Assembly (NCBI GenBank): GCA_965644295.1
Contig: CBFFRP010000297.1
Coordinates: 868,001 to 932,000, forward strand
Origin: Paraphysomonas bandaiensis
Taxonomy: Eukaryota > Protista > Chrysophyceae
Length of the DNA: 64,000 nucleotides
Reading direction: 5' to 3'
Shown here: piece after piece, positions 13,471-25,773 of the stretch
How the letters are laid out: every line of letters starts with the position of its first letter
How positions within the stretch are numbered: the first letter of the stretch is position 1
Program-made: the position numbers and the translations under genes
The notes under the pieces: generated by a model
What the model was told of the DNA's origin: nothing
The model's input: the letters and a program-made list of their open reading frames with translations, nothing else
Databases searched by the model: none

Positions 13471-15810
13471 TCACTTCGAAAGCTTCATTCGCAATAAGGC
13501 ACCACGTCCAAGTTTTGCTCTCTTTTTTCCACGCCTTTCAGTACTTTGTTTCGTTTTCTTTCCACTTCTGTCACTACGTGAGCTGTCATCCGTGTCATGA
13601 ACCTCATCAGTATATTCTATGACATCGTCTAAATCAGCGTAGTCATCTTCGTACGCCTCATCTTCACCACCCACACTTTCATCAGCTGTGTTTTCTACGG
13701 TTTCCTCAACAACTTCATCTTCTATGTCAATGTCTTCAGCAGAACTCAAAAAAGACAACGAAAGACGCTTGCCCCTGGTGCGCGTTGTTGGGAGGTCTTG
13801 GGGGCGGGAACCGTCAATACCACGATGGGAAGTACACTCACGAGTGCGCGCCGGTGTGACGCGTTGACGTTTAATTGTACCTGCCCGTGTCTGTGCGGCA
13901 GGTGGTGGCACTGGCTGTTTCAATTTCAGTACCAACTTGGGTAAAGTCGTCTCACTACTTGCCGCCTCGGGTAGCCCGCTCGCGGTTTCTTGAGCAATAT
14001 TTGCGTCTGCAGAGGCAAGAGTCAAACGGAAATTCTTGTTCTGATCTACACACTGTTGACTTTTCGGGCGTTCTGTTTCAACATCAAAATCTTGAGGTCT
14101 CTGGCACAACAAGTCGTCATATTTCTCTGTCTTCAGTCCGGATTGTGATTGGTGGATAGGCGTGAAAGGATAGGTGGTGAATAAACTCTCGTCTAGCCAG
14201 TCCGTAACAGAAACACTTCGCACTTTGGCAACATGATCCTTGAACTTTACATCATCCACTGGAGGAACAGTACGATCCATTAAAATACACCACCACTCAT
14301 CAACAACACCAATGGGACTCCCCTCTCCTGTATCGACAACATGTCCACACTTGCGAGCACTGTCAGTATAAATAATTCTATCGCTCTCAGAGAGAGAATT
14401 AGGACGAGAAATCCATTCTTCACATGCTTTCACAAGATACGGCCACTGCCATGCCACTCTGGGTATATCTAGAGGATCCTCCTCTTCCTCATCAGAGTTC
14501 GATTTATCCTGCAATATGTGTCATATATTTTTATCATGTCAACGCCATCATAACTTTATACCTGATCCTCAATAACTGATTTTGATCTCTGTTGCACTTG
14601 CAGAACCGAACAGAGAGCATAGAACATCATCTGCTGAAAGAAAGGGAAACGGTACTTTTTATTGACACGAGTGTTTTGCTCGACTGCATAAACCTGCAGC
14701 TGCGGAAGGATACATGGGCCGAGTAGAAAGTTCCCTCCAATTACCAGACTATCTACAGGAGTGTAAACTCCATGAATCCAGCCTCCTGGAATGAATAGAG
14801 TATCACCAGCAGATATTACAACCCTGCCACATTGCTCTGCGCGAAGTCATCACCACTTGACTCACGACAACGAACATCTCATACATACCTCGAGGAATAG
14901 TATCGGGAAAAAATATAGAATCTTGCTCGGCAGATGTTATCCACTTTTGGTACGCCTTAAGATTATGAGTTGACGGCGGAATAAGGTAAAAAACTTTCTG
15001 ACCCCACAGTACATGGTACCTGACAATCTATCATAATTTTCTAAGATTCAGTGAATACACGTACCACACCGATGTTCCTCCAAAGTCAACGTGAAAGTCA
15101 GTGTAGGAACCACCCATTCCCGCTAGAACATACTTCTGTACACGTGGATAATCTCCTCCACGTGCGCGACGTTCTGAAGGCCAGTAGGCGTCAATCCAAT
15201 CCATCATCCGGACAGTTCGAGGGGCTTGAATGTGTCGAGCAAATGAGGTAGCTATTCGCAAATATTACACAGTCACGATTAAAAAGCACATAGATCTGCA
15301 GTACCTGATACTTCGAGCGATATCATATTCAACACCTTATGCATTTTACTTCTTTGTTCTATGTATCTACATCAATCGACATAATAAGCATGACAACACA
15401 CACAGACAGAGATATCATACTCTGCATATTCTCCAAGTGTATATCCTTCAATCTCATACTGTGCTCCCACATCAATTAACTATTTGAAATCTATTAAATT
15501 ATCATGATATCATACTCCCCTTTATACATACCTTCACATGATAATCATATCCCATAATATCAGCTATATCACTTAATGATATTGATGATGATGGAAGTTT
15601 TAATCCTAAACCATCTCTATCATTCTGAACTAATAGAGGGGAGTTCAGTCCATTCGTATGAATCCAGTTTGATGTTAATTGATTTCCAGGTAGGGTTTGG
15701 ATCTGATAGTCATGTATGTATGGATCCTTCTGATTAATCAGTGTCATGTATTTAGAACATTGAATTGTACGACGAAATTGTGGATCTTGTAACATATGGT
15801 TATGTTCCAT
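13471..15810 (-). CDS. JmjC histone demethylase (KDM2/KDM7, JHDM1-like)
   Basis: YPRVQKYVL...YTDFHVDFGGTSVWYHV...KVFY and FIPGGWIHGVYTP...GGNFL, with the HxD...H iron triad intact. Acidic/basic low-complexity C-terminus. Confidence 0.92.
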
Positions 15811-15889
15811 GTTGACTATGTATGTGTGTATGTATGTATGTGTGTTTTAAGATAGTGGAGTGAGATGTTCATATATGTATATATGTGTA

Positions 15890-16240
15890 CCTGTGTACCT
15901 GTGTATGCATATACTGTATATACTTGTATAGTGTATAGTAGATGGGAGAGGACAGGTATAGAGGATGTACTGGTGTATATACGAATGTACCTGTACACCT
16001 CGTCATATATAGACTGACTATGTGTACCTGTGTATGCGTATATATGGTACGGAGGATGTACTGCTGTATATACGAATGTACCTGTACACCTCGTCATATA
16101 TAGACTATGTGTACCTGTGTATGCGTATATATGGTATGGAGGATGTACTGCTGTATAGAATGTACTTCAGTACAAGTCGAGGGAATTCCTATACACTATG
16201 TCATATATAGACTGCTATGTGTACCTGTATATATGTACTT
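15890..16240. repeat. ~90-bp minisatellite, about 3 imperfect copies
   Basis: GAGGATGTACTGnTGTATA...CCTCGTCATATATAGACT recurs at ~15961, ~16052 and ~16139. Confidence 0.8.
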
Positions 16241-16354
16241 GTGTGTACTTGACGACAGTAGGAAATCACATCTCTATATACAGATACACACTGTCTTCGA
16301 AGCTGTCCAGCCCAGATATATACACAGTACACTGCTCTATATACATACATATAG

Positions 16355-16509
16355 CGTATCGGCATCCTTCGTGTATTTTTTTTGTTCCAAGGATGCCTCT
16401 AATATTGAGACAACAATTATATGTATTCCAGTCGTAGTTGTAGTTTAGTAATATAGAAAATTTTTGCTTCAATTTATTTCCGAAAACTAAGATGCTGACT
16501 GCCGATACA
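16355..16509 (-). mobile_element. ~150-bp MITE family A, copy 3
   Basis: Reverse complement of copies 1, 2 and 4; ends CGTATCGGCA...TGCCGATAC(A); flanked by AG/AG. Confidence 0.85.
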
Positions 16510-16608
16510 AGAGAGTGTAGCTGAGTTGTATGATCTTATCTATGTAGATCTATCCCACCCTCTCATCATACCCCACCCTCTCATCATATCCCACCATTCA
16601 ACACTATC

Positions 16609-19600
16609 ATGTCAACTAAACAAGAAGATGAACTCTCATATCTCATTACAGTCTCATATCATAATCATTCCCATCATATTGAATATAACAAACATGAGAA
16701 TGAGATGGAAACATTACGCTATTTAATTCTTAGTTTACATGATCAATTAAATGAGTTCATTATAGTTGATTATACAGGGAAATTAATTGAAACACTGGAT
16801 GATCTTGAAGCTATCAGTTATTTAAAAGATTCATTAGATGATTCTTCGATTACTATGAAAGCATGTCATGTATGGGTACTTGATTCCCCATATATACATA
16901 TACATGAGTATTGTTGGAGTAGAATATTTAATAATACTGCTATTATACAACCATCTTTCAGGTAGATCATTCTATTATATGATGGATATATATGATGGAT
17001 TTATAATATAGGTTTATTGATACGAATTTTTGTATTTGCTCTTGCTGTAAACAATACTTCGATCCTGAACTGTTGGTACCTACTCCAGTCGAACTAAATA
17101 AGTATGTATGCAACGTGGAAGACGCTTTTGATTTCGGATTGGCACTACCGAAATATGCCCTTAAAGAAATAAAAATCAAGTGTGATATTGATAGTCCGGG
17201 TGGAAAGTATGTTGTACGTAAACTCTTGGACGAAGTAGTATCGCTCCAGCCAATATATAGAAACGTGTTGCAGCCTTCTCGAGAAGAACGAGAGTTAGAA
17301 AATAGACTATCCTCTGGAGTTACAACTGTTACAGCATACGAAGACCCACAAAGTCAAGCTGCGGCGCGATCAGTGGTCGACTACGCGAAAGTGAAGGAGT
17401 ATGCGGAACGTTATCGACATGAAGATGATGCAGATGATGCTGCCTTCGTACGGGGGCTGTTAAAATGGTTCAAAAAGGAATTCTTTCGATGGTGCAACCG
17501 CCCGAGATGCACGTCCTCGGATTGTGGTGCTACAGGAAAATCTATTGACGCCTTAGGGACAGGACCATCATCTGAAGAGGAACAGAGAGTTGGATGGGCA
17601 CAGCGTACTGAATTCTACCGATGTTCCAAGTGCCATACTAGCATTCGTTTTCCTCGCATCAATAACCCACGTATATTACTTGAGACACGTCGTGGTCGAT
17701 GTGGTGAATGGGCAAACTGTTTCTGTCTCATTTGTCGGGCCCTTGGTCTTGATGTCCGTTGGGTACTAGATTTCACGGATCATGTGTGGGCGGAAGTATG
17801 GGTCCAATCTCTTGGAAGATATGTCCATGCTGACCCCTGTGAGACTACTTTTGATGCACCTCTCATGTATGAGTCAGGATGGAATAAAAAGCTGTCGTAT
17901 GTGTTTTCGTTTTCTCGATATGGTGTCGTAGATTCCACTCCTAGGTACACTCGCAAGTGGATCACTGAGCTGTATGCCAGAAGGTCCCATGGGACAGAGA
18001 AACTCGTGCGGGAATCGGTTAAACGATTAGATGAGCAAACTGTAGCACTATATATGCGGAGATTAGCAGTATCTGGTGGAGTTTGCTCAGAGCTGACAGA
18101 TCATTTACGAAGGTTAGAATTAGGTGCTGAGGGATTTGTACACCGGGGAGATATCAGTATGGCCGCGGTGCAACAGCGGAAGAAAGCCGATGAGAGAGAA
18201 TTAGCTATGGTTTTATTAATGACGCCAAAGGAGTTAACAGATGCTGAAAAACAAGGACGAATTAGTGGTGACCGGGAATGGAGGAAACAGCGCGGCGAAA
18301 TTGGTACTAGTGGTACTATTCCTTCAACAACAGACTTATCACTGAAAGTCCCGTGGTTTGTTCCGGGTCAAGCCCTACCACTGTCACACACTGCTGCTGG
18401 TGACAGTGTGGACATATTTGTTGCAAGTGTGTCGATGGATGATAAAGTCGACAATACACGCAATGGGGGCACGTCAACGCTGCATCATTTATACGCAAGG
18501 CACGGACTCGTGGGTTCTGATGGGGGGGTATTTTCCGAATCGTGCGTTTCTGTAGGCGGAGTGGGTGTATGTGCTGCATCCAGGGGACACAACGTGGTGG
18601 TGGTGTGTGGACATACTGGTGCCCTACTGGCGTCAAGGGCGTTTGATACGTGGGGGAGTAGCACAGCAGGTGACGAACTTGTGGAATATTTGCGCTCATA
18701 TATTCCTGAAGCTGCTGGAGATACACCATCTACGGACACGGTGTCCACATCATCAATTTTTATGAGACGAATTATAAGTGTGACGGTATTAGATAGTGGC
18801 GAGCATGGAGGAGAGAAGTTAAAGACTTTGTTTATGTCTTTGCTTTCCAATTCCGATTTATATGCTAGTGCTTCTCCTCTGCCTGGACACAGGGAATCGT
18901 GGCTCATGGTTGCTGTCGTAGACGGACAAGTAGGATGTCCTTGCACTCGCATAGTTTATCACGCAAGTTCTCCAGCAGGCCATGGACCCACATCCGTAGG
19001 TTTGAGTTTGCCTCTGATCTCCACAGATGCTTCACATGCCGACGAGGTCAGTTTCGTGGAGCTTACCAATCGCACGATTAGCAATGCCGCTTCAATTGTC
19101 GTAAATTCGAGTGAAGCTAACATGGAAGAATTTAAGATGAGATTAATGGAAAGATGTCACCTATGTAGTCAGTACGTGGGATTTGCTGTGTCTACGAATG
19201 GTAATATTGGATATTTGCTTGGGCAAGAGGCTTTCCCATTGAAGCAAGACTTGGACGAAGCGCTGCGAATATATTTGAAAGGTTACGTTCATAAAGATGT
19301 ACCAACTGTTAAATCCGTCGTCTCTGAGTCCGTAGAGGTTCCAATTAGTCGCTGTGTGCGGTACATACCTATCGGGGGGGAGCATCATGAAGATACAATT
19401 GCATTTGACTCTACGCAATATCTTTGGGATATGTGCATGTGCATTATGCACAATTGTAGTGATGCAGGAACTATGGAAAATATACTTTCCCGACTGAAAT
19501 TTGAGGAGGTTACGTTCTATGGAGGTAAGAGAAATATGTAATTGTAGCACTTGTGCTTTATCGTGTGAAATAAAGGGGACTTGATACATGGATTGCAGTG

Positions 19601-20694
19601 TCATTACAGTGTCCAACTAGATATAGGACCGATTCACTTCATGCTTCCTCTTATATTACATTGGGGAGAGAATGAAGAAACTTTGGCATCACGTACTATG
19701 CGAATATGTGAAACAGGGGACCGTGTGACCAACATTTCTGCTAAATATGGTGCTTTGATAGATAGCGTCTCTATTCACTACACTTCAACCAAAAGTAAGA
19801 CTGCAGGAGGGGCTGGTGGTGGTTTAAGTAACTCTGTGTGTATACCGGAAGGGTGGGAACTCGTCGGGTTTTATGGAGGTACCTACTTCTAAATTCGTTG
19901 TTGGCCTAGTTAACATTTGTGAACCCACCAGGCGTTGGAGGACATGTTCATCACCTTGGAGTTGTGGTATATCAGCGTTACCAATGTGCTACATATATTA
20001 TTGGGTCTTCAAAAGCTCCACGAGATGGAGTATTTTCGCTGTATCGACTTCTTGATATTTGTTCTAAGCATAATATATGGGCTTGTGGAATGATCTGTAC
20101 CGATGACCAGGTGAGTTAGGTCAATTTGTTGTATGTTCTTTTCGTAATATTGAAGAAACAGGATAAAAGCTCACGAAACTATCGATGTAGCAATATTGGG
20201 AAATTTCTAGGTATTATTCTACAGGCACCACACGATAATAGTTACATATGTTCTTCAGATTATATTTTATCGCTTTTGCATGGATCCGACAGCATCCAGG
20301 ATGCGATTGACTGTATATTTACTGTAATAAAATATAACAAGAATATTATGAAGGTATGTGTTACTTGTGAGATGGTAAATGTTTTTATGTGACATGTGGG
20401 ATGTAGGATTGCCACAATGAGAAGTACCGACGTATCAATATCTCAAACTCAAATTTTCAGCGTCATATTCTTGAGAATCCCTATGGGTTACAGTTATTGA
20501 CAAGTGGGCCGGCCTTTTGGAAGATTTCACCTAATTGTTCGCACATGGAATCCTTTGGGTTTATGTTTGTATGCTCTATTGACAATGAAAACGATTGCAC
20601 CACAGTCTCTACCTTGTGGTTGAAATGGCTCTCAACGTATGTCGGCTTCCTAGAAGATGTACTTCATGATGCCACGTCATTGATGCCACCGTAG
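16609..20694 (+). CDS. PNG1: Peptide:N-glycanase with ILEI/PANDER, jacalin and C-terminal PUB domains
   Basis: Transglutaminase-like core TRRGRCGEWANCF / DHVWAEV / HADPCE, two Zn-binding Cys pairs, and GRISG..WR..RGE. Five canonical introns join the ORFs. Confidence 0.92.
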
Positions 20695-21208
20695 AATGCT
20701 AGTTTTATCTTGTGCCTTCTCGTGCTTCACATACAAGAATCAAGAATGAATAGCCTTTTTTAAAACTTTCCTCTTTTATTAACTACTTGCGACTTGTCCT
20801 CTCTGTAATACTCTGAGGTATCGTAACTGTAATTACCAAAATCATCTGTTTTTGTATTTATGATTTGGAAAAACAATCAGCAGTAGCGACTATCTTTGTA
20901 GCAGTTATAATCAATTTTACTGCAGAGTATTAGGTTGGTTCTGGTCACTGTTGAAGGTTGAAGCACATGAACTCCCGATATATAGCAGTTGTGCGAAGTT
21001 ACCTTGACCTCTTGTTAAATATTTTTACAAGAATCTTATATGCCATTATCAATCTTAACCTCGACGCACAGTATTTTAATTTAAAAAAATAAATGTACAT
21101 GTTTTACACATCATGCTGTAAACGAAAGAGAACTACACATTCTACTCTTTCCTAAAATCCGTATAAATAACAATACTTTACAACAAAAATTTATTCATGA
21201 CTAAAGGA

Positions 21209-24200
21209 TTCAATTATTCGTCCCATAAGTTAAGCCACGAAACTTCCACAACTTCCGGTATTCCCCAAATAGCAGTCTAATTTATAGTAACAGCATATCA
21301 TACAGCGCGTCACAGAACCTACCTCGGCAATATCAAGCATTCCAGGAACAACCAGTTTTATTATTTCGTATAGGAATGAATCAAATTCCTCAGAAATTAA
21401 AGCCTGCCAACAGCTGTGAATACATTTCCCAAATTACGTTTTCTTCGTTTACCAGTACACACTGAAACCACATGTTAAGAAAATCGAAATCGTCATAAGC
21501 TGTACGCTCAACAAGGTGTTTAATGGTAGCTCGAACTTCGGAAACAAGAGGCTCCCGATTAAAAGAACTTTGGTGCTGAAATTCGTAAATAAACAAATTG
21601 GTGCGTCTCGGACACAAAAAATACCTGGACAAACATGTCGATGTATGTCCTTAGCTTCGTGATTGGCCTCACGTAGTAGTGATTCAGATACAAGTAAAGT
21701 GCTCTACATTACAGCTTGACACATGGAAAACTTATCATATACACTAAACCTGCTGTTCGAATTCACTGCTCCTTCCAGCGCATGTGCTTTTACTTTCTCA
21801 ATAAGTTGAAATTTCACGCATGAACTTTTCTTCAAGACCTCTAATGATTGCTTTATGAAGCCCACTGCACATACAATTAGGACACAGAAGCATCACAGCA
21901 GCGCATTACATAGTTTCTTTTGTTTAGGCGTCAAATCTAAATCATCATCGTTGTTCTTATCGTTCCCCAAAATTCGAAGAAACTGTGGAAAGCCACGTGC
22001 TACACGTATTATTATAAACCTGTACAATCTTCACAATGAAACATACCGCCGTTGTGCCACCCACTGATGGATTCACGCCAACTCTGTCTATTAAACTTTG
22101 TGTTAACGAAAGAGGAAGTGTGCTAGTATACATACGCAAAAGAGTTATGTTCAGTATCTGTCTTGCCAGTTGGAATATCGGGATAGAGTTTGTTAGCCAG
22201 TCCTGGCCCATACCAACGAGGCATAGTTTTTTTGAGTGCCCCACGGGCAGACTCACTGTTCACACTACTTGAAGTATAAGTTGGCCTTGCAGGTTCCACT
22301 TCTGTGGTTTGGAGATCATAGCGATTAGACCTTCTGATATTCTACATAGAAAAAATCATAATCGATAAGTAGACAAATAAACACAAACCTTGAAAACTTC
22401 GATGAACTCAGCAGCAGGAATGTCCGCTGAAACTCTCATGCGCAAAGCTTTCCTAAAGTCAGTTGACCATTCCTTTCTTGAAAGAGATACCGGACTGTAG
22501 ACACATACATAAGATACAAGCCAAGCAACATATAGCTTACAATTTACTGAAGAAGAAGGAAGCTTCGTAATTTTTCACTTCTTTAGCAGACAGAATTATC
22601 AGGTCAACGACTCCCTGTAAATTAATAAATAAAGTCATGAAATAAGATATAATTAGAAATCTTACACTTAGCAATAGCTCCAATTCATCGTCATTTAGGA
22701 CAAGCAAAACATCTTCATGAATTACCCCCACTTTGCACTTATCCAAATACGCTTCATCCCGATGGTATTGCCCCAAATGATGTATCACATATGACACCTT
22801 TAAGACATCTAATTCCAGCAAAAATTTGTCATATCTGTAGGATATAAAATAGTTGGACTTAGATGAAGCCTACATACACAAGAAGACCTGGAGACGTGAA
22901 AGCCACTAGCATCTACATCATCATGATCCAGCTTTTCAATTATTTTCCACGTAAAAGAGCAGTCATAAATGTCACTGACATCGACGTGATCCGTCGTGCG
23001 GCGGAAACTTTGAGCCGATAGACTGCAAATGTACAAATATTAGTCATAGGTAAAAATCAGCTCTAGCCTTACTCTAGTGACCACGAATATATAGACAAGC
23101 CTGCCTTCTTCTCAGGACCTGTCCTCGAATTAATTCAACCCTTCAATATCCAGCAAGCGAAATACGCACCAAATGCAACTATTCTTGATTTCAGATAAAG
23201 CCGCACTACTCTGTCCGCTAACCAAACTTGGGGTGCATTTCCATCTATTACGCAGTGGGTGACAATCAACAGTTAGTATCACTGGATACAACTTACCACC
23301 AGTATTTTGCACTGGGAGTAGTTGAGATATAACGCTCTCATCTTCGGCTTCCGCACTCTCCCCCACACTAGATATCTGTGTTGAGGACAATCCCACCCCT
23401 CTGTAAATAACATACATAACATATATATTACACATATATAACTACATTTACCTCCGCACCACACCAGACGTGGCAACGACTTTAGTAATAATTAGACTGA
23501 GGTACGAATCTATGAATAATTCATCACCATCAGCTTCGTACAACATCAAAGAGTTCACCTCTTTGCTCAAATGAAACGTTACAAAATCCTGGACTCTCTC
23601 CAGAAACCGCATCAAACAATATAAGGAACATTATCGTGTCCAATAGCTTCTTCGACATGTCATAAAAAGCAATCTAAGAATGTTGTTACCGCCACATAGT
23701 GACACCACGCTGTAACTCACATCACCAACACTTCTGTCGTAAAACAAAGGCACCATTCTAGGAAAAACAGAATCTTCAAACGCTTGAAACAGAATTTCAC
23801 ACACCTTTACAACATGATTAAAGATTCAATTCACTTCACGATTAACGCACCCCTGATAAATAAAAGCGTTCTTTTGCAGGCTTCGCAAATAGCTTTTTTT
23901 CTGTAAAGTATTATTATCCTTGCTTATATATGTCATAACACATGCATACGTACCGTCGGCAAGCAAGGCAACCGAAATCGCGGTACACAGTGTCTCTATC
24001 TGATAAACGCTTCCGGCGTGATGCGATTTAATGGTGTTGTCATCGAAGGGCTGTCCTCTACGAGCATTGCCCTTAAGTTTTTTCCGGCCTACACTTGCCA
24101 TCAAAGAATTTTTTATCCTAACCATTAGCCAATAAATAAAGTGCCTTTGATTCACATTCTAATCCATCTACCTGTCACGAACATCGAACTCCAACTGCTC

Positions 24201-25131
24201 CACGGAATTAATACGGAATTAATACAGTCGACGAACGGGTGAGTATCCACATACCTTGCAAATCATAGAAACCACGGCATCAATTCTGTCGTCATAAATT
24301 ATTCGTCAACTACGGAGGGAAAGTACAGCGAAAACATACGTAGATACTATATCTCTAAAGTTCTCCCCGCCGATACTCCTTCGTTCCACAGCCGAATTCT
24401 TCAGAAATTCAAAATACCTAGTATATTCAGCTTCCTGTACACACAGTCATGACGTGCCAAATCCTCAAATATTTATTACCTGCATCACCACCCCGAAGAG
24501 TGTTATGATCATCGGTACTATCCATATAAGATTGAAGAAGTATCCAACATTCTGGAGCGTGAATTATGAGAGCGCTAAAATTGTTTAACATTACCTCAAG
24601 GTTATGTTTCAGCTGAATCCACGGAATTACCATGGCAATTGCAAACACCCATATCTCGGCTTGCGTTAGACCGGTGTGGTGAAAAACAGTCAGACCTAAT
24701 ATATTTACAGCCGATGCAAGAGCTCCTCTTTCAAATGTTGTCATTGACCAATGCTGTACTTGCTTCTTGGAAACAATAAAGAGAACAGTGACCCATGATG
24801 CAGCAGTAATAATACACAACCTCCATCCAAGAGAATGTTTAAGTAAATCTACACCCCATCGTGTAAATAAAGTTGCAATCATAAAAACAATATGAAATGT
24901 AACAAAAAATAAACCTAAACCAACAGCTAATATATTCACTGCACTATTACACGATGGTCTGTCCATGTTAGATGAATAACTACAATATTGAAAATGTTCA
25001 GTCCCTAATACACACCAGAATGCTCCTAATAATAACGATAATACAGGAAATATAAGTAATCTTCTTTGTTGTAAACTTCTCCATTTCCAGTTACTATAAT
25101 TTGAGTTTAAACTTGTATCTTGTAGTCTCAT
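21209..25131 (-). CDS. Multi-exon hypothetical protein with multi-pass TM N-terminus and long soluble C-terminus
   Basis: About 7 hydrophobic segments in the first exons. The junctions I checked (both ends of the gene) join in frame through canonical 43-60 nt introns; ends ...RKLWKFRGLTYGTNN*. Confidence 0.6.
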
Positions 25132-25354
25132 GATAGATTAAGAGATAGATCTGCTGGATGGATAGATGAATGGATGGAATGGTTGGATGATAATGATTGA
25201 TTGATGTAGTGTAGGTAGGTATCTGAATGGTTTATTAGTGGGGTTGAGATGACTGAGGGGGGTTACTATGACTATCATACTATGGACTGCTGTGTGCTGT
25301 GGAGTGTGTATATATATACATAGAGGGAGAGTACATATCTAGATATATATACAT

Positions 25355-25440
25355 ACACCAGTACAGTACAGCAGTACAGTGCAGTACAGCAGTACAGTAC
25401 AGCAGTACAGTGCAGTTCAGTACAGTACAGTACAGTACGT
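25355..25440. repeat. (CAGTA)n-type degenerate microsatellite in a divergent promoter
   Basis: cagtacagtacagcagtacagtgcagtacag... Confidence 0.8.
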
Positions 25441-25773
25441 ATCATAGTATGACAGCCCACCAGCACATTTATGAGTACCTAGAAAGAGTGTGCACAGTAG
25501 GTACAAGAGATATTGTACCAAAATAAGGGTTTCTTAGTTATATACCCAGAGTTTTATTTAAAATATTGGAATATTACAAAAAGATTCTATAAAAACATAG
25601 GATTTCTTTCAAATAATCACCATATTCTGTACATTTCTCCACTTTTCTCTAGTACTTCTTTATATATACATGAACTGGGCGTGGTATATATGCACCATCC
25701 CATCCACCCCACTAACTCACTGCTGTGTGTATATATATACACATCTCATTATTAAGACATTAATGATTACATT

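Noticed and set aside
23589-23634. Apparent non-canonical AT-AG intron in the membrane protein gene
   Set aside because: A canonical 49-nt GT-AG intron slightly downstream (gtgaac...catag) restores the frame.
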